From positions 1-64,000 of the forward strand of contig CACPJC010000001.1 in NCBI GenBank assembly GCA_902634185.1: DNA of 64,000 nt. Reading direction: 5' to 3'. The notes under the pieces were generated by a model that searched no databases, was not told the origin of the DNA, and saw only the letters and a program-made list of their open reading frames with translations. A program made the translations under genes and the position numbers. Origin of the DNA: an uncultured Candidatus Actinomarina sp. (GTDB taxonomy: Bacteria; Actinomycetota; Acidimicrobiia; Actinomarinales; Actinomarinaceae). This document shows, piece after piece, positions 59,817 through 64,000 of this stretch (positions are counted from its first letter, which is position 1; every line of letters starts with the position of its first letter).

Positions 59817-60046
59817 ATTCCTCTATGAACACGACCAATATGATAACCATCACAATATCTGCATTTGTAGTCTTTTATGAGTTCCTTAGCTCTAAAAGAA
59901 GCGAGTCTTGCAGATTGTAATGCGAGTAAAGGATTGTCGTATTTAGTTTTTCTTTTACAACTCCAACATTTATCACATAAACAATATGAATTTGAATACT
60001 CTGACCAGCAAATAGGTTGTTTTAGTGTGATACGTTGCCGGGGCAT
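59813..60046 (-). CDS. Small Cys-rich putative Zn-binding protein
   Basis: C.RK.KY...A......YKCRYCDGYHIG pattern; AAGGA RBS; ATGA overlap with the next gene. Confidence 0.7.
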   Translation of the reverse strand: MPRQRITLKQPICWSEYSNSYCLCDKCWSCKRKTKYDNPLLALQSARLASFRAKELIKDYKCRYCDGYHIGRVHRGI

Positions 60047-60055
60047 TTATTCCTT

Positions 60056-60139
60056 TTTTAGTAACTTTCACTATAAATATAGCGAATAATAGTGAAAAAC
60101 ACAATTAATAAATTATATTTTTAGTACTTTACACTATTA
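60056..60139. promoter_or_regulatory. Three putative NrtR operator boxes (60056-60076, 60087-60107, 60119-60139)
   Basis: TTTTAGT-AACTTTC-ACTATAA, TAATAGT-GAAAAAC-ACAATTA, TTTTAGT-ACTTTAC-ACTATTA: 21-bp GT-N7-AC pseudo-palindromes directly upstream of nrtR. Confidence 0.78.
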
Positions 60140-60157
60140 AGATAATTTTTCTATACT
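60128..60157 (+). promoter_or_regulatory. Putative nrtR promoter (leaderless)
   Basis: TTTACA-N18-TATACT-N6-ATG(60164); -35 lies inside operator 3. Confidence 0.6.
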
Positions 60158-60163
60158 TTGCAT

Positions 60164-60982
60164 ATGAGTAAAGGTTATCCCCTATCACTGAATGCAGTCA
60201 ACGTAGTCTGTTTTAAGATCGACTGGATTGAGATGGATTTAAAAGTTCTCTTAATCAAAAGAAGTATCTCCCCGCATAAAAACAAATGGTCTCTTCCTGG
60301 TGGTTTTGTGAATGAAAATGAAAGTATTGAAGAGGCAGCACATCGTAAATTTGTTGAGGAGACTGGCATTGCACCTGCATATATCAATCAGTTCAGAACG
60401 TATAGTGATGTTTCTCGTGATAAAAGACCAGTAAAAGGTCAAAAGGTTCGTGTTGTTACTACTGCATTTAATGCAATTTACACTAGTACTGACGATCCAG
60501 TACTTTCTGATGAAAGTTCAGATTATCGATGGTTTAAGATACCTAGAAGATTTATTGATAGATCAATTCCAAAATTGGCTTTTGATCATTACAAGATACT
60601 GACTGATGCAGCTAACCGACTAAGAGTTGATTTAGAATACAGTGGTCTTGCAACCAGATTTCTACCTCAACACTTTACATTAGGACAAATACAAGATGTC
60701 TATGAAATTATTTGGGAAGTTGAATTAGATCCAGCAAACTTTAGAGATAAATTAACAAATGTTGAGGGATGGATAAAAGAAACTAAATCTGGTCCAAAAG
60801 ACGCTGAACCTCGCAGAGGAAAACCTCCAACATGGTATAAAGAGCATGACATTCCAAAATTTGATAGGATGATATCTAATCCAAATGGAACTGTAATCAG
60901 AGAAAAAGAGTCTGAATATCAAAAAAACTTAGACAATTTAACTGGAGAAATCAAAATATCTGACATAAAATCGAAAGAGTAA
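60164..60982 (+). CDS. nrtR: NrtR family transcriptional regulator (Nudix plus winged HTH)
   Basis: VLLIKR, WSLPGGFV, RKFVEETG, LAFDH..I, FTL.QIQ.VYE, DPANFR, RGKPP. Confidence 0.88.
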   Translation: MSKGYPLSLNAVNVVCFKIDWIEMDLKVLLIKRSISPHKNKWSLPGGFVNENESIEEAAHRKFVEETGIAPAYINQFRTYSDVSRDKRPVKGQKVRVVTTAFNAIYTSTDDPVLSDESSDYRWFKIPRRFIDRSIPKLAFDHYKILTDAANRLRVDLEYSGLATRFLPQHFTLGQIQDVYEIIWEVELDPANFRDKLTNVEGWIKETKSGPKDAEPRRGKPPTWYKEHDIPKFDRMISNPNGTVIREKESEYQKNLDNLTGEIKISDIKSKE

Positions 60983-61221
60983 TGGAGATTATCCTTATTG
61001 CTTTAGTGATAACAATATATTTAATTAATTTTTCAAAAAATATAACTCCAGATACGAAGATAAAAAATACAAAAATAAAACAAAGACCTAAACCAAGGAC
61101 TTATAGACCAGGTCAATTAAAAAAGAAGCTCATAATAAGTCAAGAAAGCAAAGTTGAACCAATTACTTGGGAATCATTTGTTTTTTTGAATACTGTGGGT
61201 CCGAAAATCGTAAAGAAGTAA
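60982..61221 (+). CDS. Small basic protein with N-terminal TM/signal segment
   Basis: 79-aa ORF, start overlaps nrtR stop (TAATG). Confidence 0.55.
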   Translation: MEIILIALVITIYLINFSKNITPDTKIKNTKIKQRPKPRTYRPGQLKKKLIISQESKVEPITWESFVFLNTVGPKIVKK

Positions 61222-61231
61222 GGTGTTGTAA

Positions 61232-63751
61232 ATGACTGAAGAAGAGAAATTGACTAACCAAAAAATTAGAGAGTTTAGAAAGCGAATCTGTGATAGAGAG
61301 AATATACGGTTAATGAAGTTGTTAAATAATATAGATATTAAGAATATTTCTACAAAACCTTGGCCTACATCAGAAGAGGATTTGATATCAAAGATAGAAA
61401 ATTTAGAAATTATAAAACAGTTTTGGAATGAATTTCTACAAGAACTATCAGAAATATATGGTTATCAAATAAGTGGATCAAGCGACATCATACAAAACTT
61501 TGTTGAGGACTTAGATATTGATCAGGCTTCAGAATCAGAGGAAAAAATAAATTTAGAACTTGAAGGTTCTCCTGAGTTTTTAGAAGAAGATCTAGAGGAT
61601 ATTGATTATTCAGGAGAGATAGGTTTTGTTAATGATGAAACTATTACAGATGAATATGAATTTGAACCTATTAAGAAAATTTATAGCGGCAACATTGATA
61701 TCGACACAAAAAACGCAAGATATTTTAATATTTTTAGTTCTATTTTTTTCGTAAAAATATGGTGGAAACTTTGGAAGGAAAAAGCTTTCTTTAATGAATT
61801 TAGTAAAGACTACCCGCTCACAAAACAGCAAAAAGTTTCTGTATTGTCTAATGAAAATAGAAACTTAGTTGTAGCTGGTGCTGGCACAGGCAAAACACAT
61901 CTAATGATCGCCAAAGCTGGTTATCTTTTGAAGAAAATGGGGATAAAAGAACAGGATATTTTGCTGTTGGCTTTTAATAACGATGCAGCTGAACAGCTGA
62001 GAAATCGCGGTAAAGAGAGGTTGGATGCTAATTTACATGCATATACATTCCACTCATATGGAAACAAGCTAAGCAAAAGTTTAAGCCCAAATAAAAATTT
62101 AAACCCTGATGAAGAAGATCAGAAAATTAAAAAACCTAAGTGGATACAAACAACTCTTGATACTTTACCTCTAGATCATCCAATAATGAAAAAAGTTCTC
62201 CGTTATTTTTCTGAGTATTTAGTACCACCACCCTCACCAAATATGGACTACAAATCTCTGAATGAATATCAATCGTATGTTAAAAATATAGAGAAACGTT
62301 CTCTTTCTGGAGATAAAGTAAAAAGCTATGGTGAATTGTTAATTGCTAACTTTTTAACAATAAATGGTATTGACTTCGAATATGAGGCAAAATTTAATTC
62401 CGAGAACATTAGATATACTTACAGGCCCGATTTCACGATATACAAAGACAGGGAAAGATCTGAAGAAATAGTTGTAGAGTTTTTCGGGATTGATAGAGAT
62501 GGAAATGTTAAACCAGGGATTTTGCCTGATAGATATAAGAATCTTACAACAAAAAAAATAGAGCTCCATAAAAATGAAAAAACCGACTTTATCGATTTGT
62601 ACTACTACGAACAGCAAGAGGGGTTATTATTGAAAAAACTTGAAACGGAACTTAAAAATAGAGGAGTTACTTTCAAGAAATTGGACGATGAAGAGTTGTT
62701 AAAGCGTTTTAACGATAGTCAATATTTCACCATCTTTTCCCAGCTGTGTAGTGAGTTTCTTGAGCAATACAAATCTAACCAACACAACATCAAAGATTTA
62801 TTGATTAAGGCTGAGGAAGATGAAAGAAGTATCGCATTTCTACATATCTTTGAATGGATTAAAAATCAATACAATGCCTATTTGGATTCAAATGATCTTA
62901 AAGACTTTTCTGACATGATAAACGATGGTACAAAAGCTTTGTTGGAAGCTAAGTATCAAACTGAGTGGAAATGGATCATTGTTGATGAGTTTCAAGATAT
63001 CTCTGCAGGAAGACTTAGGTTTATTAATGCGATATTGGAACAAAATCCTGATGCAAAACTTATGGTAGTTGGAGATGATTGGCAGTCTATATATAGATTT
63101 GCAGGTAGTGATATTAATTTAGTAACTAAATTCGAAAAATATTTTGGAAGATCTGTTGAATTTAAATTAACAAAATCTTTCAGGTTTAACAGTCAGATAA
63201 AAGATTTAAGTCAAAAGTTTATCCAAGCAAATCCAATGCAGAAAAGAAAAAATATAACTGTTGATCGTACAGTTGAACCATATAGGAATTGGGTTCACTG
63301 GTCAGACCAAGGTCTTATTCCAGAAAAGAGAAGTAAGAAAATTGTAGAGATTGTTAAGAAAATGAAAGAAGAATTAAAACTTCAAGGAGAGTTGCTTATT
63401 TTGGCAAGATACAATCATAATCTACCTAAAGGTCCTCAATTAAAAGAAATTGGTGAGGTATGGGGTGAGAACTTTAGATATATGACTGTACATAGAGCTA
63501 AGGGACAAGAGGCTGATTATGTTTTGTTGGTTGATTTGATTTCAGGGGTTTTTGGTTTTCCAGCAATACAATCTGAAGATCCTATTTTAAATCTAGTATT
63601 AGCTTCTGCAGGGCCTGAAGATTTATTAATGTATGGAGAAGAAAGAAGACTTCTCTATGTTGCAATGACAAGAGCCCGAGAAGAATTTCATGTTATATCA
63701 GATGTCCCACAACCATCTATATTTGTAAACGAGATTTTAGAGTATGAGTAA
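61232..63751 (+). CDS. UvrD/helicase IV-like SF1 helicase with internal nuclease-like insertion
   Basis: AGAGTGKT, LAFN, TFHS, VDEFQD, VGDDWQSIYRF, TVHRAKGQE, EERRLLYVAMTRA; insert KSYGELLIANFL...YRPDF...VEFFG. Confidence 0.9.
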   Translation: MTEEEKLTNQKIREFRKRICDRENIRLMKLLNNIDIKNISTKPWPTSEEDLISKIENLEIIKQFWNEFLQELSEIYGYQISGSSDIIQNFVEDLDIDQASESEEKINLELEGSPEFLEEDLEDIDYSGEIGFVNDETITDEYEFEPIKKIYSGNIDIDTKNARYFNIFSSIFFVKIWWKLWKEKAFFNEFSKDYPLTKQQKVSVLSNENRNLVVAGAGTGKTHLMIAKAGYLLKKMGIKEQDILLLAFNNDAAEQLRNRGKERLDANLHAYTFHSYGNKLSKSLSPNKNLNPDEEDQKIKKPKWIQTTLDTLPLDHPIMKKVLRYFSEYLVPPPSPNMDYKSLNEYQSYVKNIEKRSLSGDKVKSYGELLIANFLTINGIDFEYEAKFNSENIRYTYRPDFTIYKDRERSEEIVVEFFGIDRDGNVKPGILPDRYKNLTTKKIELHKNEKTDFIDLYYYEQQEGLLLKKLETELKNRGVTFKKLDDEELLKRFNDSQYFTIFSQLCSEFLEQYKSNQHNIKDLLIKAEEDERSIAFLHIFEWIKNQYNAYLDSNDLKDFSDMINDGTKALLEAKYQTEWKWIIVDEFQDISAGRLRFINAILEQNPDAKLMVVGDDWQSIYRFAGSDINLVTKFEKYFGRSVEFKLTKSFRFNSQIKDLSQKFIQANPMQKRKNITVDRTVEPYRNWVHWSDQGLIPEKRSKKIVEIVKKMKEELKLQGELLILARYNHNLPKGPQLKEIGEVWGENFRYMTVHRAKGQEADYVLLVDLISGVFGFPAIQSEDPILNLVLASAGPEDLLMYGEERRLLYVAMTRAREEFHVISDVPQPSIFVNEILEYE

Positions 63752-64000
63752 CCGATTAGTTTCAGTTTGTCCATGTTGTTCAGAAAATGAACCAAAAAAA
63801 TGTCCTTCTTGTCATGATGGAAATATTAAAAAAGTTGATTTTGTTGAAAACATGTTTTTTTATGGTTGTTCAAATTATCCATTTTGTACTCATACTTACA
63901 AAGCATGTAACTATTGCAAAAAAGCTTTAAGTATTATTGACAGTAAAAAAAGTCTGTATTTATGTAGCGATGAAACCTGTAAAGGTAGCGTTGAAAAATG
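63744..64000 (+). CDS. Topoisomerase-type C4 zinc-ribbon protein, 3'-truncated by window edge (not in ORF track)
   Basis: MSNRLVSVCPCC...KCPSCHDG...FYGCSNYPFCTHT.KACNYC...LCSDETC; ATG overlaps helicase stop by 8 nt. Confidence 0.82.
   Translation, partial: MSNRLVSVCPCCSENEPKKCPSCHDGNIKKVDFVENMFFYGCSNYPFCTHTYKACNYCKKALSIIDSKKSLYLCSDETCKGSVEK

Noticed and set aside
54543-64000. Prophage or integrative element
   Set aside because: No integrase, transposase, terminase or structural genes and no att duplication visible; the right border is outside the window

Overview
AT-rich, very densely packed bacterial chromosome segment. The gene order is actinobacterial (proB-proA-MoxR-VWA-nadD-rsfS; tig-clpP-clpX-valS-folC-ndk-mreBCD-pbp2-rodA-rne-rplU-rpmA-obg; leuS-holA-rpsT-lepA-rsmE-HIT-phoH-ybeY-uppS-glyQS-dnaG) but heavily streamlined. 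By inference it is a marine low-GC actinobacterium such as Ca. Actinomarinales. It holds about 60 CDS and 9 tRNAs, with two glycan-biosynthesis blocks starting at tRNA 3' ends and an accessory region at about 54.5-64 kb. The strongest observations are: (1) an NrtR (Nudix plus wHTH) gene with three phased GT-N7-AC operators between divergent operons that carry no NAD genes (helicase-nuclease, Zn ribbon, SGNH hydrolase, RsiV-like/metzincin fusion), suggesting an ADP-ribose-triggered stress or defence locus; (2) an unannotated, apparently leaderless MINFIIII leader peptide plus terminator upstream of citramalate synthase, i.e. a candidate isoleucine attenuator; (3) a tandem Cas4/AddB-like nuclease whose promoter and first 16 codons are duplicated (91 bp) onto the neighbouring gene; (4) serC plus a mini-DUF1015 inside a glycan cluster. 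Family calls come from motif recognition by eye; no database searches were run.
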